Position numbers and translations under genes: made by a program. From NCBI RefSeq assembly GCF_037042905.1, contig NC_087246.1, forward strand, positions 48,546,001 to 48,610,000: a stretch of DNA of 64,000 nt, read 5' to 3'. This document shows, one piece after another, positions 50,926-64,000 of this stretch. Under the pieces are notes generated by a model. That model had not been told where the DNA came from. It saw only the letters and a program-made list of their open reading frames with translations, and ran no database searches. Within the stretch, counting starts at the first letter, position 1; the number at the start of each line of letters is the position of its first letter. This DNA is from Lytechinus pictus (taxonomy: Eukaryota).

Positions 50926-53900
50926 TAGTACTATTATTGATCACACTTTGTGGCTTTGCGCTCTTTCCATTAGGGGTTTACTTGTCATATGGCAAACAAA
51001 ATGCATTTATTGCTTCATGTTTGTGAGCACTTGATATGTGGTAAGAAAAAAATAGTGAAAAATGATTAATCAAGAAATGTATTTTGAATTACATAGGAAA
51101 GTATGTATGTATGTATGTGTGTATGTATGTATGTATGTAAGCATGAAACAGACAAAATATGAGTATAATAATTTTTTACATATCGTGGCACAGATAATTA
51201 TTCGACTTACGGTTACCGTATTTCATTAATTAATTAAACTTGTTCATAGTATATTAATGGAATAAAATGGATGGATTAATTTCATGGATCTGCTAATTAT
51301 GTCAGTGGGCATATTGTGATGTTATCTTTGTGAACTTATTCGGAGTTTAAAAAGTCATTATTGATTGTCATTTCCATCGTATTTGAATTTGATAACTTTG
51401 GGTTATTCGCGTAAATTTTCAGTGCATAAACCCCATAAACACACTTTTACATAAAAGGACTTGGAAATTATATTGGTTTTCAGTCTGGAAACAAAGCTAT
51501 ACCACACCTCCATACCTAGCCCCCGCAACAATATCATACTTGATTAATGAATTCCCTTTCTGCACACAATGTTCATATTGATACAGTGGGATCATAATGA
51601 TACAGATTTCTATCGAAGGTTTATCACCCGTAAACGACCACAGAATGGTTACTAAGAAAGCGTTATGTTTAATTTTTTTGCTTTGAAGTAATTGAGTTGA
51701 AATTGAAATACTTCCGTCAAGATTGAAAGATTATTTTTAATGGAGGCTGATTGAACGTTGAATTGAACAGGTGGTTTTTGAGTCGGTAACATAATACCTA
51801 TGATATTCACTTTTCTGACAGATTTCATAGATAATATCTATGATTTCATTCTTAATAATTTTCAAGCAAAGCGAGGGTAGATTATGTTTCAACTTTCTCA
51901 TAGTGATTTTCGCTTTTCAAATTTTCATGAATTTTGCGAATATTTGTTGAACTCTTTCTATATAAAAACTTTTGTGACTTGTCTACTTTTGGTTCATGAG
52001 AAGTATAATATACAATTTATAGAAAAAGGTGCGTGGAATTTGAGAAAAATATAATACGCTTAGTTTTGTGTACACAAAAATTGTATACAAACATTTTATT
52101 TACAAAAAATGCATATTATCATGATTCCTTATGACATGTCAGACGGAAAAAGTAGTTTATTAAGACACATTTCCTTTCATCCTGGTAAAATTTAATTTCC
52201 ATTTCTTAACCCTTCAAATAGAAAAAAAAACCGAGACCTGGGGATAATTCGACCCGCTATACAGGCCTTGATCATGAAGATGTTTCTGTTAATGTTCCGA
52301 CTCGCTAGGTGGTTATCGGGGGGGGGGGGGGGGTATCATCTAATTCATTAAATAAACTCAAACTAATTATTGCATGATTATGTCACTTTGCTCATTATAT
52401 TAGCTTGATTAGGAGAAGGATGTTGGTTTAAAGGCAAACTATGCGGTTGTGAATTCGTTAGTTAATTGCGCGGAAGAGACTGATGTATACATCCCAGCTG
52501 GAGTTGGGGACTTCATGAATTCATTTCCAATCAGTAATGAAATGAACATGATTACCGCCTCTCAATGTGACCATTTACAGAGTAGGTACAAATTTAGGAG
52601 AGAATGATTAACAATCTTAATTTAATATTCAGGCATGTATATTTCAATATTTGTATTGATTGCAGAAATTGAGAGTGAGGAGTGAACTTAAATAATGCAG
52701 CTATGGCTAATGGGATTGTGAATGATTGCTTTAACCAGTGGATCGGAGATGTAATATGTATTTATCCTAAACGTCAAACCTGACATTAGTACTCACAAGT
52801 AATGAGGTATAGGTCCTATACGTACGAAAATTTAGGCTGTATTTATTTCAAAGTCAAAGTCAATGTTCAAACTCCGCTCCTGAGTTTGGGTGACTTCTGT
52901 AGAATGTGACGTCAACACATAAGTTAGTTACCTCGTCGTGTTTCTCAAAAGTACATGTAGTACTTTGCAGAGAATTTTGTTGTATTCACTGAAATAAATG
53001 ACTAACTTGAGTCCACCCCCATAAGAGTTAAAATTATTTCTTTGACGCAAGAAAAATGTAACGAATCAAAGGATGGTAATGAAAGCACAACGTGTGGGAA
53101 GGAAGGAAATGAATTCGAATTATCGAGCACAACGAAAAGAATCTCATTTTCTGGAATGCATGTACCCGTTTGTTCCAATATCATATATACCGGCAATCCA
53201 ATTTAGAAAGAAACGGGACATGGTCAATATAATTTGTGTTGGCAAAATCTTTTTCTTCTGCTCAGTGACAAAGCCTTCGTCAACATTCCGGTTTTCATTC
53301 ATGTTAAACCACGATCTTTCCACGAACAAGAAATTGAGAAGATTTTTTTATTTGAATGGTAACATATCGAATAAAAAAATGATCATTTTGTCACTTGTTA
53401 CCAGAAGGACGACTGAAGACTCGAACATGTCAGCTAATATTGCATTCCCTTTATAAGTGAAGACAGTTGTCAAGTAAATTTGATCAGCACCCATCAGTAG
53501 TATCTGTATACGGTAATGACCGTGCAATTATTTGAACTCTAATTATAACGTATACATGTAGGGTTAATTATGAGTAATAATTTCATGAAATCGACGAGAT
53601 ACGAAGATCCTCTTATGAAGCTCCATTAAGATATATATTCATCTCAATACAAGACCATGCGTTCTTTCATTCTCTGAAAACATACTTACAAGTGACGGGT
53701 CGAAGAGACACTGTACTTGGTGGTTTATGTTTATATCTTCGTCAACACTCACTGTCAACACTCAACACCCCGACTGTCAACACCCCGACTGTCATACACG
53801 ACACTCGAATGTAACGACAAACCAGAGGGTGTAGTTTGTCCTCTGGTTCACTAAATCAGGTTAATGTCATTGGATGATTCATTGACATCTTGAATGAAGT

Positions 53901-56900
53901 ATCCATATCAAACAGCTGTAACAGTTCAAGAATCCACCATCCTTCCGTCCTGTTCAATAGCACTCTTTCATAAAAAAAAAAATAGGATAGGATACAAGTA
54001 AAAAGCTACCGAAATGCTGCTTTTTGATTGGCTGACAGATACTTGCAAATGGATTGCGGTACTTGTGATGTTTAGGAGGCGCTGAACTTGACTGCTACAG
54101 GAGACTGAAAATGGAACAAGATCCTGATCCCTGGGGAGAGATGAAGATAGAACATGCCCTTGCGCTACTGTCACACTGCCAAGGCTGATGTTCAGTCACA
54201 CCGAAACGGAACCGGCCCAGACAGATCAGAGGTACTACGTTATTTCGAATGGCATGTTATCGGTCGGTTTGGGGTAGATTTCGTTGGTGTGACGGATCAA
54301 TAGGAGAATGACATGACTACTGAATAGGATTGGTAATGTCCGTAATCGGTTGTTTAGCGGTGTGACAGGGTACTTGGGGCGCGCTGTTATCCGAAATTGT
54401 AACAACTTTACTTTATTCTGTAGAAAGAGAACTCAGTCTCAAACAGAGCAGCTAGTAGGCAGATATTCCACTGATCCGAGTTTGAAATTAAACTATTTTG
54501 ATATGAAAGCGCTCTTTCCCCGAGTGAGGACTTACATTGTTGGTTGTACGATAACTGTAAAAGACAGGCACAAGGCATGCACAGAACAACATGTATACCG
54601 AAAATACACATTTCTGAGAGATGTGCGAAGACAAAGTATTCATGATATGCATAAGATGAATGTGTGGGTGTGTGAGGGTGTGTGTGGGTGGGTGTGTGTG
54701 TGTTTTAATTTCAACAGACGTGTATCAATCAGATTACATCTTGGACGCCACCAGGGCTCGAACCTGTGCATGACTTTGGAACTTCCCCAATGGAGCTTGA
54801 ACATGTTGAATGGCTTTATACGGGCGCACGCCACAACTCCCAGTTAGATGAATTGTATATAGGACATGTAATCATTGGTCATGTTCTACGGCAAATGTAT
54901 TAAAAACACAGCTTGTAAGCAATGTGTCTGTGTCAGACATAAAATGAAAGCATTCCGAAAATGATTCCGTTCATGGATCCTACTTCTTTTGAAGAGCCTG
55001 TTCAAATTTATGCTTTTAACTCCAGTTATTTCTAACGAAGATTTGTGACGTTTTCTTTGACCCGGCCACTCATTCAGATAGACATGTGTGTTAGTGTTGA
55101 GTAAACAGTTTTCTATTACACAAAGCAGTTTTCTTTCTTCAATTTATTCTATCAGGTGTAAATATTTGTTCAAACCACTTCCTTGTTTATTTAAAGTCCA
55201 ATTCATTCAAATAATGAATGAGAATGGTTTTAAAGGCCATCTTAAGACGATTCTGGTGATATCTATAGGAAATTTGATAAAACGGTTGCCTACATGAAAT
55301 AGTGCCTGAATATTTTGTACTGTATAGAACCTCATTGGAATTTTTCAAAGCGCATAGATGCACGGTCTTATATTTTTCTTTTTGTCAGTCGAGTTGGTAA
55401 TTATTGTCGAAAGGGGCACTTACTTCAAAATACAAGGAAGCCATCTGTTGTTGCTCAAATTGTTTCATGCTCATTCTCAAATCTTTGAAAAAGATATGCA
55501 TATTTCTGGTTTATTACCATACCTATATTTGAGAATGCGTAAAACGAACTTAAAGAACCTTTAGAATTGACTACTTCAAGACACGCAAAAAACTACACGG
55601 GGATGCTATAGCTTAGTTTATCCCAGAGGTTTGAAATCTAGACCTGACCTACCGAACGCTAAAAGTCAATAAATAGATCATTTTATTCGCATTTCACACA
55701 AGAACCGGTATTTATGATGTATTACATGACGTCACATTCGTTGTCGTCACATCATATCTGTCGATCACGGAACCTTGATCAGCTTCAACTACCCACGGAC
55801 TCGCAACCGATCCGTAGCAGTACTTCTGGCACAAATCAGTCTAGGATCGTGGTCATGGTATGCAAGCGGTTGTAAAAGAGGATATCTTCACCAACCGATA
55901 GAGCTGTCGAAGTGACAAAAAATGTTTGTATTAACAGGGGCCTCGGAAACGGGGGGTGGGGGCGCCCTTTTTTCCAAAACAGTGTACAAAAACGTAAAAA
56001 TGACCATCTGATTATAATTTTTTGCATGGTCAGCCCCCTCTCCACTTTCAAAACCGTTCTGCGGCCCCTGCTGTAATAACGGTAAGGATTATACTAACTC
56101 TTCTTTAAACAAATGATATGATGACATAAAACACAGCACCATCAAGATGAAACATGATAAAACAGATGAGGGTGATTTCGGAGTAATAACCCCCCTTTTT
56201 TTTTGCATGTCAAAATATCTTCCCGTGTCCGCGGCCCCCAAATTGGAATCCTGGATCTGCCCTGGTACCATTCAAAAAATATTTTAACACCCTCATCAGG
56301 ATATCAAGCAATACGAAATGATTCACTTTGTGCAAACAAGCGATTTCATCGGGACTGCTGTTCTTCAAAATGTAGTACGTAACATACGTAACAAGAAAGT
56401 TTGGTCAAAGGTATGTATTTGACCATCAGTAAACTGATATCATTTACGTGAGTTTTCATTTGACAATGTTTTAGTATTTTTTTCGAGTCATTTGTCTTTG
56501 ATTATTATTTATTTTGAATAAGGGATTTCTTCATTCGACAATGATGTCAGGACCATTAGGATACATTGATTTGGACTATTCATTTCATCTTTCCCTCTAA
56601 ATTCTATTAAAAATATAAAATTATGTCATATCATATTCTATGTTTGTTTCTGCAAGCTGAGGATTGGAAACCTGCCAAGTCAATTTGTTTTACTCGTCTT
56701 TTATTTTCCATGTTCCTCCCAAGACTGGACGTAGAGTTGCCAGGATTTTGTTTGATTCAGCCATGTTTCCCATCTATCAGGAGGAAGATAGCGTGCGAGG
56801 GTCCGCTTTACCTGGATTCATCGACACTGGATGTCATTCTTTCTCCTCTTCTTTCCTTCATTATCTCTCTTCTGACGTCCTCTCTTACTTACTCTCCCTT

Positions 56901-57139
56901 CTTTTTTGGTCTACTCTACTCCGAACTTCTATCACTTTTGCTCTCGTTTTATTTTTCTCTCCTTTCATTTCACCAGGGAAATCTGTTCATCTCACTATGG
57001 ATTTTTTTTTCTCTCTCTCTCTATTTGTCTGTCTCTTGTCGTGTCTTTCTGACTAATTTTGTTGTCATCTTCTCCTAAACACACATTTCTATCTCTCCAT
57101 AAATTTCGGATATTGAATAATTTATATTCACTTGTTATT

Positions 57140-57680
57140 ATATTATTGCGCATCCACCGATTTCCATTTATATCAGTTTCCAATCCGTCCCCTCAATTTG
57201 CTACCTTGTTCGATGACTGGCAACGACAAAATGGACTCGTCTTATGACGATTTTAATCGTAAAATGACTCAATAAACTCTCTTGTAGTGAATAATTTATC
57301 TGGATAATGAATGATTTCCAATCATTTTTTACTTTATGAATTGCGCTTCCATCGAAATCCATTTATATCAATCCATCACCTCAAATTGCTACCTTGTTCG
57401 ATGACTGGCGAGTATGAAATGGACTCATCTTAATTAATGATGGTTTCCATCGTAAAATGACTCAATAACTTCTCTGGTAATAAATAATTTATCTGAATAA
57501 TGAATGATTTCTAAACATTTTATTTGCTTTATGGATTGAGCATCCACCGATTTCTGTTTAGATCAGTTTCCAATCCATCCCACAAATGGCTACCTTGTTC
57601 GATGACTGGCGAGTACAAACTGGACTCGTCTTAAGTAATGACGGTTTTCTTCGTATTTGACTCAACAACTTCTCTCACCA
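57140..57680. repeat. Tandem triplication, ~190-200-bp unit
   Basis: ctaccttgttcgatgactggc at about 57201, 57389, 57590. Confidence 0.85.
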
Positions 57681-57853
57681 GGAAACAAACATCAATTCGA
57701 ACACATCGTATTTGAGTTCTTATACATATACCACATATTGAAGGGCTTATCGAAGTATAGATGGACGCTTGTATACCTACGTAAAATGAATTGCATTAGC
57801 TACCTCTAGCATTACCTTTTCCAGTTCTGCCATCCTCCTTCAGCGTATCTATG

Positions 57854-58109
57854 CAATGGCAGATCCAGGGGGGGGGGGACATCGGCCCGTGCCCCCCCTT
57901 TTGAGAGCCATAATAAAAAAATTGTTAATGTAAATATGCCGTTTTGCCCAAGTGTGCCCCCTTCTTAAAGCGAGGACCTTTTTTTTTTGCTTGTCAAAAT
58001 TTTCTGCGGACGAAATGACCTTCAATTTTAGATGTGAACCTTTTTTTTTTGGGGGGGGGGGCTTGTCAAATTTTCATCGCCCCCCTGGAAAATCCTGGAT
58101 CCGCCCCTG
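57854..58109. mobile_element. G-string hAT-like MITE, 8-bp TSD TATCTATG
   Basis: caatggcagatccagg ... cctggatccgcccctg, with tatctatg at 57846-57853 and 58110-58117. Related copy at about 48211-48343. Confidence 0.85.
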
Positions 58110-61100
58110 TATCTATGTATGTGTTTGCTGGTCTTCATCTGATTCTTTGACCCTGAGATGGAGTTCATACCAAGATCTTGCAACAAGTTCGTCTTCAGTT
58201 TCGACTAGAATAGAAGCAATAGCCAGCTAATGTCACTTTTCTGTCCTGATTTTCGGCATATGGCTGTATAGCTCTGTAGGGTAATGGACATCTCCTCCTC
58301 CATATAATTTTTCTTCAATCCTTCTTCTTCATCATCTTCTTCAACAATTTTCATACAAACTATTGGGCATTTATGAGGATTGAAGAAAAAATATAATAAT
58401 ATGTTACCTAAATCATGTTTTGATTACCACCGCAAGCATACCGAGGGTAACTTCTTCGTAGGAGAAAACGACAAGTTCCTGAAAATCAAATACACGACAA
58501 TCGGGAGTGTTAATATAATTATGTTCGTACCACACTCACAATCACACTCTATATGTTGACCAAATCGCCGATTTGATATTATAGCATAGTGACCTCAGTT
58601 CTCAAACTTATCTTTCTCATTCATAATCCAGTTTCTTTCAAACTTTCATCTTTCATACAAATCATAGTTTATTACCAAAGTTGAAATAAAAAGAAGTTCC
58701 TAGTCAGGGACAAATATTTGGTCAGGACTACATGAAAAAAAAAAGATGTCGTGAAAGGTGGAAAGATTTTCGGAGTTTCGATATAGATATTTAGTGTATA
58801 TGACTGTGTTTCAATGGGATGTAGGTACTGATCAGATATTAACTCTTTAAATAAAGAAGAGTACAAAAGTACTTGGTAAAAAGGAAGCATACATACGTTT
58901 TGAGTAAAATATTGCCGCAGAATTGCGTTAAACTTACACAGCATTATTTTGTGGTTATCTATCCGAACAAACATTTGTATAATATGGTCTCTCTTAACCA
59001 ATATTGGGCAATGGGCATCGTCCAGAGGAATCACCATACATCTTCGCCGTACAGTGAAGTTTGGGGGCAGATCGTGATGGATTATGAATAGGATTTAGAA
59101 GCTGATGTTCGGTAGAGGATGGGGGATCTTTATTTCTGTCGCCGCTTTGGCATTGTGGCGTAGCCAGTTCTACTAAAAATTTGCGTGATATAGTTTTATC
59201 GACTGAAGAGAGACCAGTCGCCCGTTTCATAATCACTTACAACCATGGTATCTTTGCCTTTATTGCAACTACCATGGAAACCTTGATTGTGATTGGCTGC
59301 TTAGCCCTGTTACCATGGTAGTTACCATAATGACAAAGTTACAAAAGTTGTAAGTCAGGTGATCTCTGTAGGTTTGCATGGTGGAGTTGTAAGTCCTTTA
59401 TGAAACGGGCCCCAAGGCCCCGTTTTATAAAGGATTATTAGAGTAAAAAATTTAGAATTTCTGTAACAAGTTCTCTCCCAGCCAATCAAATCGAGTGATT
59501 TCAGTAGCTTTTAACTGTTATTGCAATTATTTTTATATTATTGCAAGTTTTATGAAATGGGCTCTTGAATATTGTGCATGAGAGGTGCAATCGTATACAA
59601 TAGAACCATTGCTTTGGATTGGGGACCTGGATTGTGTGGGGGGGGGGGGACTGAGTGAAGGCGACCAAATAACAACAATGGAGGAAAAACCCTTTGCACA
59701 TTATACACGTGAAACCAACTATATAGTACCAGCATGTATTTCAGATGAAAGATTATCATGAGGTCGCAATGTTCCGAATTCTGAAATGAACATATTCTTT
59801 TCGGGTACCGTGTCAGCCTCTCGGACGATATGGATGCGAGACCCTCGTGACACCCCTACGCCATCCCGAACTTTCCCGGCATCCAGGGGGGGGGGGGGCA
59901 TGGTAGGCTAACATATTTCGCTCTCCATAAAACATTACACGATGTGACATGACATGTCGGATTTTGAGAAGCTATAGATATGTTTTGCTCGAGTTATGAT
60001 TTCAACTGACAACGCTGCTTAAGTTGGCTTGCCCTTTTCGAGTCATCCAGGGGCGATGTAGTAGACGGGTCGTCGGGTCGATGTGAACATGGTGAATGGG
60101 GCCTCTCGCCATGGTCCTGGGAAGCGGGGGTGCTGGGGTTGCTGAAGCACCCCCAAGATTTTCCTTGGGGATGCTGCATGTATTATTTCCCATGATATAG
60201 ACAGCACCCCCTGGAATTCTGGTAAGTGTTTAAAAATGGAGAAATGTAAGCCAAATGACGTATATTTTGTAGTGAAAACCTTTTTTGGGGGCTTGTCCAA
60301 TTTCTTTTCTGGACCAAAATAACCTCCATTTTGTAGTGAAACCGCTTTTTTTGGCTTGTCAAATTTACATCAGCACCCCCCAGTAAAAAAGAAAACCCGT
60401 TCTCTAAATACAAAACTGAGCATTATTCCTGTATACGGATTTTGTTATTTTGTTAGATAACTATAGGTATCCGATGCATTCAAATCGGTTCGAAAAATGA
60501 CAGTTGAGTTCGTATCCATTTTCCCTTCAAGTTCAACGTAGATCTTCTTGAGTAACCGTCTGTTAGGACGAACTAGATTCTATGATTCCTGCGGGACGGG
60601 ATGTAGAACGGATGTTATCTTATATTATGTTAGGCCTAATTGTAAATGGATAATTTTCATGTTTGGTATTCAGCTGCTGTGGGTGTTGGGGCATATCAGA
60701 ATTACGTCTCACTATTCTATTTCAATTGACCTGTCCTGAATGTACATCACCATTACCATGGTTACGATGTAAAAAAATTAGCAATAAAACTTTCAGATTT
60801 TTTTCTCACTCCACAACCCACCTCACTCTCTCTCTCTCCTTCTCTCTTGTGTAAGGGTTTTTCATAAAAATCGACCATGATAATTAAAAGCACACCTTAT
60901 ATATCCCCACGTGACATGTGTCACCGGTATCCAAATACATGACTTTCGGAATTAGCAATGTCTTATGTCGTTTAGTTGTAAAGGGCAAGATGTCACTGAT
61001 GACGTCACAATACATGCATGATATCCCTTCGGGTATCAGCAGACATCTTGTGTACAGATGCCAAACCCCATACTGAACTTGGGCCCTGTTTGGTACAGAT

Positions 61101-61196
61101 CGAGGTAAACAAAGTCTCAATTTTGTTGTACTTTATCAAAGGTATCCTTCATCATCATTAATATTCATAGGTTGCGCTCTTGACAATGCTTAAGAA

Positions 61197-61465
61197 GGAG
61201 TAGTGTGGGCTAGTGATTAGAGCCTTGGACTCATGATCGTAATTCATGAGGTTGTGAGTTCGAATCCCCGCCTTGCCACTATGTCTCCGTTTGGATTAGA
61301 AAAAAGACTCGAGGGTAATATCTGTTGTATGTAAGGTCAGGCACTATGCCTGATAAAAAAAATAGACGTATTTGTTTTCCCTATACCAGCTTGGCGTTGA
61401 ATACCAGCAGAAAGCTGTCCTGTCGAGTTTCTATAACGGGAGATACCATAACAGAAACATAACGT
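61197..61465 (+). mobile_element. tRNA-derived SINE (family of 30377-30665), followed by a second SINE fragment at about 61495-61650
   Basis: tagtgattagagccttggactcat...gttgtgagttcgaatccc head; ataccagcttggcgtt body; aacagaaac tail. Confidence 0.75.
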
Positions 61466-62418
61466 GAAATCGAAGAATAGATGTGTGATCGTTGTTTATA
61501 CATGGAAAGTCCGGGGTTCGATCTCCGACCGCGGCACCTACGCCCGTGAGCAAGGTATCTAATCGACAATGCTCTTTTATCCTGCATTTAAATAAATTAA
61601 AATGCTATACGCATTCTTGGTAACTAGGTGTGCACTTGTTTTAAAAAAATCGTGGAATTTACGGAACAAAACAGAACCGGAAAAAATTGTCAAACAAAAC
61701 GAACATATTGTAGTATCAATTTCGCTGTCTTGAGCTAATATTTGAAGTCAATAATACACTTCTGAATCATTTTCTATTGGTAACTCAAAGAAATAGGTTG
61801 ACTTAAGTAACTCGAACGTATGTATTCATTTTTATGTAAAACTTATTTTCTCGAATCCGTAAAAGGTACATTAGAACGCAAATATTCATTGAATTAAACA
61901 GGAACGTAAATAAGAGGGTGCACTGGAGTGTCGGCAGAGCAAACGCTGAGAATGGCTTTCAGGGAAGATAAAAGTTCATTAAACGAAGGAAACCGTGATT
62001 CATTTTGATACTATTCACATTTATTGTGAAAAGTTTTTTTTTTGTCTTTAAGTATTGACTTGTTATCAGCAGGTGATTTCAATTTAAAACCATGTTCTGT
62101 TATAAGAGTCATATCTCTTACCTTGAATGTCAGCCAGAATGGAAATGCTACATTAAAACGAGTAGTATTGGTAAACCTTGGTAATCTAAACACTGTTAAG
62201 CCAAATGTTTCTCTCGACCTTCTGATAGAATTCAAGTCGGAGAGGGGAAAAAACATCTGGAAATCCAAGGAAATGAAATTAGAACAGAATGACGGCATCC
62301 ATTTCTTGGCGTATCAATCGGTTGCAGATAGGAGAAACAATATTCTGGGCCTACATTTTTGCAAATAAATATTTTTTTCTCGGAAAGTCTAAGATTTCTT
62401 TTACTTGATACGTACCAG

Positions 62419-62518
62419 CAGGGGCGTCGATCCATTTTTCAGATTGGGGGGGGGGGCAAAATCATGAATCAACTTTCCAAAAAAACAAAACAAACAAACA
62501 AACTCACACACACATATG

Positions 62519-62555
<37 letters not shown>

Positions 62556-63150
62556 CTCATGAGATAGAGACACATATCTCACCAACAAATTAATGCGAAT
62601 GAAATTTCTTTATATTCTGACCTGAAAGCTTGATATTCTAAGCATTTTTGGTACTAACGATTAAGATGTGTATCTAAAAAACAATAGATGCGAGCGCGAA
62701 GCGTGAGCTGAAAATTTTGATATTTCGATCTGAAAAAAATTTAGTTTAATGGACGTTTTTAATAAAGAACAAGATATATATCCAACAAAAGATTATTGCA
62801 AATCGAAGTGGGAGTTCTTTTGAGGTCTAGAACTGAAAACGGGACATTCTATTCACCTATTTAATCATGAAAAGTATGGGTTTTTGCTACAGAAATGATG
62901 CGAGCGCGAAGCGCGAGCTAAAAAAAATTATATTCCAATCTGAAAAGCAGACATTTTGAGCACGATTTTAGATAAAGAACGAGTTGTGTATCTCAATCTC
63001 GCTTGCTGATTTCTGTGTAACATTACAATTTTATTTTATTTTTTGCACATGCGGAATTATTGGGGGGGCAAAACGATATGTTTGCCCCCCCAATATTTTC
63101 ATTGGTGGGGCGATCGCCCCCCTGCCCCCCCCCCAGGATCGACGCCTCTG
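62419..63150. mobile_element. G-string hAT-like MITE, 8-bp TSD CGTACCAG
   Basis: caggggcgtcgatcc / ggatcgacgcctctg, with cgtaccag at 62411-62418 and 63151-63158. Internal gcgagcgcgaagcg repeats and AT-rich tandem units. Confidence 0.9.
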
Positions 63151-63760
63151 CGTACCAGAAGATACAAGCTAACTATGCAAACAAGACCATTCACTTTGGA
63201 TAGTCAATATATATTGCAAAAAATCTCCTTAATATTTGGATTTGGACTTATGGAAGTGAGGTACGAGTTCCAGAAAAAAATATTTTATCATCGGTAAAAT
63301 CGTCTGGCGAAAAAAAAAGCATGTATCACAAGACATTTCTGAGTTTAGCTCTGTCTAAAATCAAAGCTATGTTGCGTGCCTGTAGCGATGTAATGAATGT
63401 TTGGAACGCAGCATGTCTGTGCCCCTGACCCAGTTACTAAATATTCTATGAGGTTGCCCCATTCTAACTGAAGCAAAATCGAATCAAGCTAAACAGAGAG
63501 TAGGATAAAGGAAGTATTCACACAAGACGTCAGTCTGACTATGTTATTAGCTACGCTAATTAACCCATAGATGCGCCATTGAATAAGCTACGTTTTAGCA
63601 TTTTATTTTACTTTTGCGACGATGCGTCAATAAACGTTATAGCCTGTATCCGAATTAAAATGGGTTGTAAGTCTTGCAATGATCAACGGATGCGTCAGTC
63701 TGATCTATTGCGCTAAACGAGAATAAACTGGAATATTTTAAGATATGTTTGCTTCTTTTA

Positions 63761-63923
63761 CGCTGCAGTCACATTTCCCCTACGGCCGCCATACGGCGAG
63801 TCGAAAACAGCCGTTTTATCTAATTTTATTCAAACCACCCGTATGTAGCTGGTACAAAAAAAATGTTACGACGACTGTTTTCGACTCGCCGTACGTCTAC
63901 CGTAGGGGAAATTTGACTGCGCC
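63761..63923. mobile_element. Short palindromic Harbinger-like MITE
   Basis: gcagtcacatttcccctacgg ... ccgtaggggaaatttgactgc, with inner cggcgagtcgaaaacag inverted arms. Confidence 0.7.
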
Positions 63924-64000
63924 ATTACTGTCGACATCATACCCAAACAAGATGGGTATTGGCCCAGAATCTGATGACGCTATTAGTTGCGCTTATGAAT

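Noticed and set aside
57700-58360. Possible decayed RTE-type reverse transcriptase remnant on the minus strand (similar hints at about 39600-40680 and 56650-56840)
   Set aside because: Only vague motif resemblance, with no intact YADD; needs a profile search.
62042-62368. 108-aa plus-strand ORF as a downstream exon
   Set aside because: No convincing splice sites or domain pattern.

Overview
Eukaryotic, AT-rich (roughly one-third GC), intron-rich DNA. The repeat landscape (G-string hAT-like MITEs, TTAA Kolobok-like MITEs, HINE-like elements, tRNA-derived SINEs) suggests a marine deuterostome, most likely a sea urchin; this is inference. Most ORFs in the supplied track are spurious. Three genes are supportable. 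(1) A complete 15-exon + strand gene (CDS 16869-33721, 2871 nt, 956 aa, all introns GT-AG and phase-consistent). It encodes a type I membrane protein: signal peptide, acidic prodomain with furin site, CAP/SCP domain, hinge, EGF-like, ShKT, 11x23-aa Ser/Thr mucin stalk, EGF, SEA-like region with a second furin site, TM helix and a short tail with KVRP. In effect it is a membrane-tethered CRISP/CLEC18-like protein. (2) The probable 5' end of a divergent - strand gene: non-coding exon about 15119-15295 and first coding exon 2059-2399, encoding a type II signal anchor. (3) The first coding exon (43347-43838) of an unidentified secreted prepro-protein, with no second exon found in the following 20 kb. 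Intergenic and intronic DNA holds many non-autonomous transposons. These include a four-layer nest with a self-insertion (5- and 6-bp TSDs), short P-element-footprint-like palindromes, and a recent Tx1/L1 3' insertion with a 16-bp TSD. There is one 150-N assembly gap. I see no prokaryote-type system (CRISPR, operon, rRNA, true tRNA).
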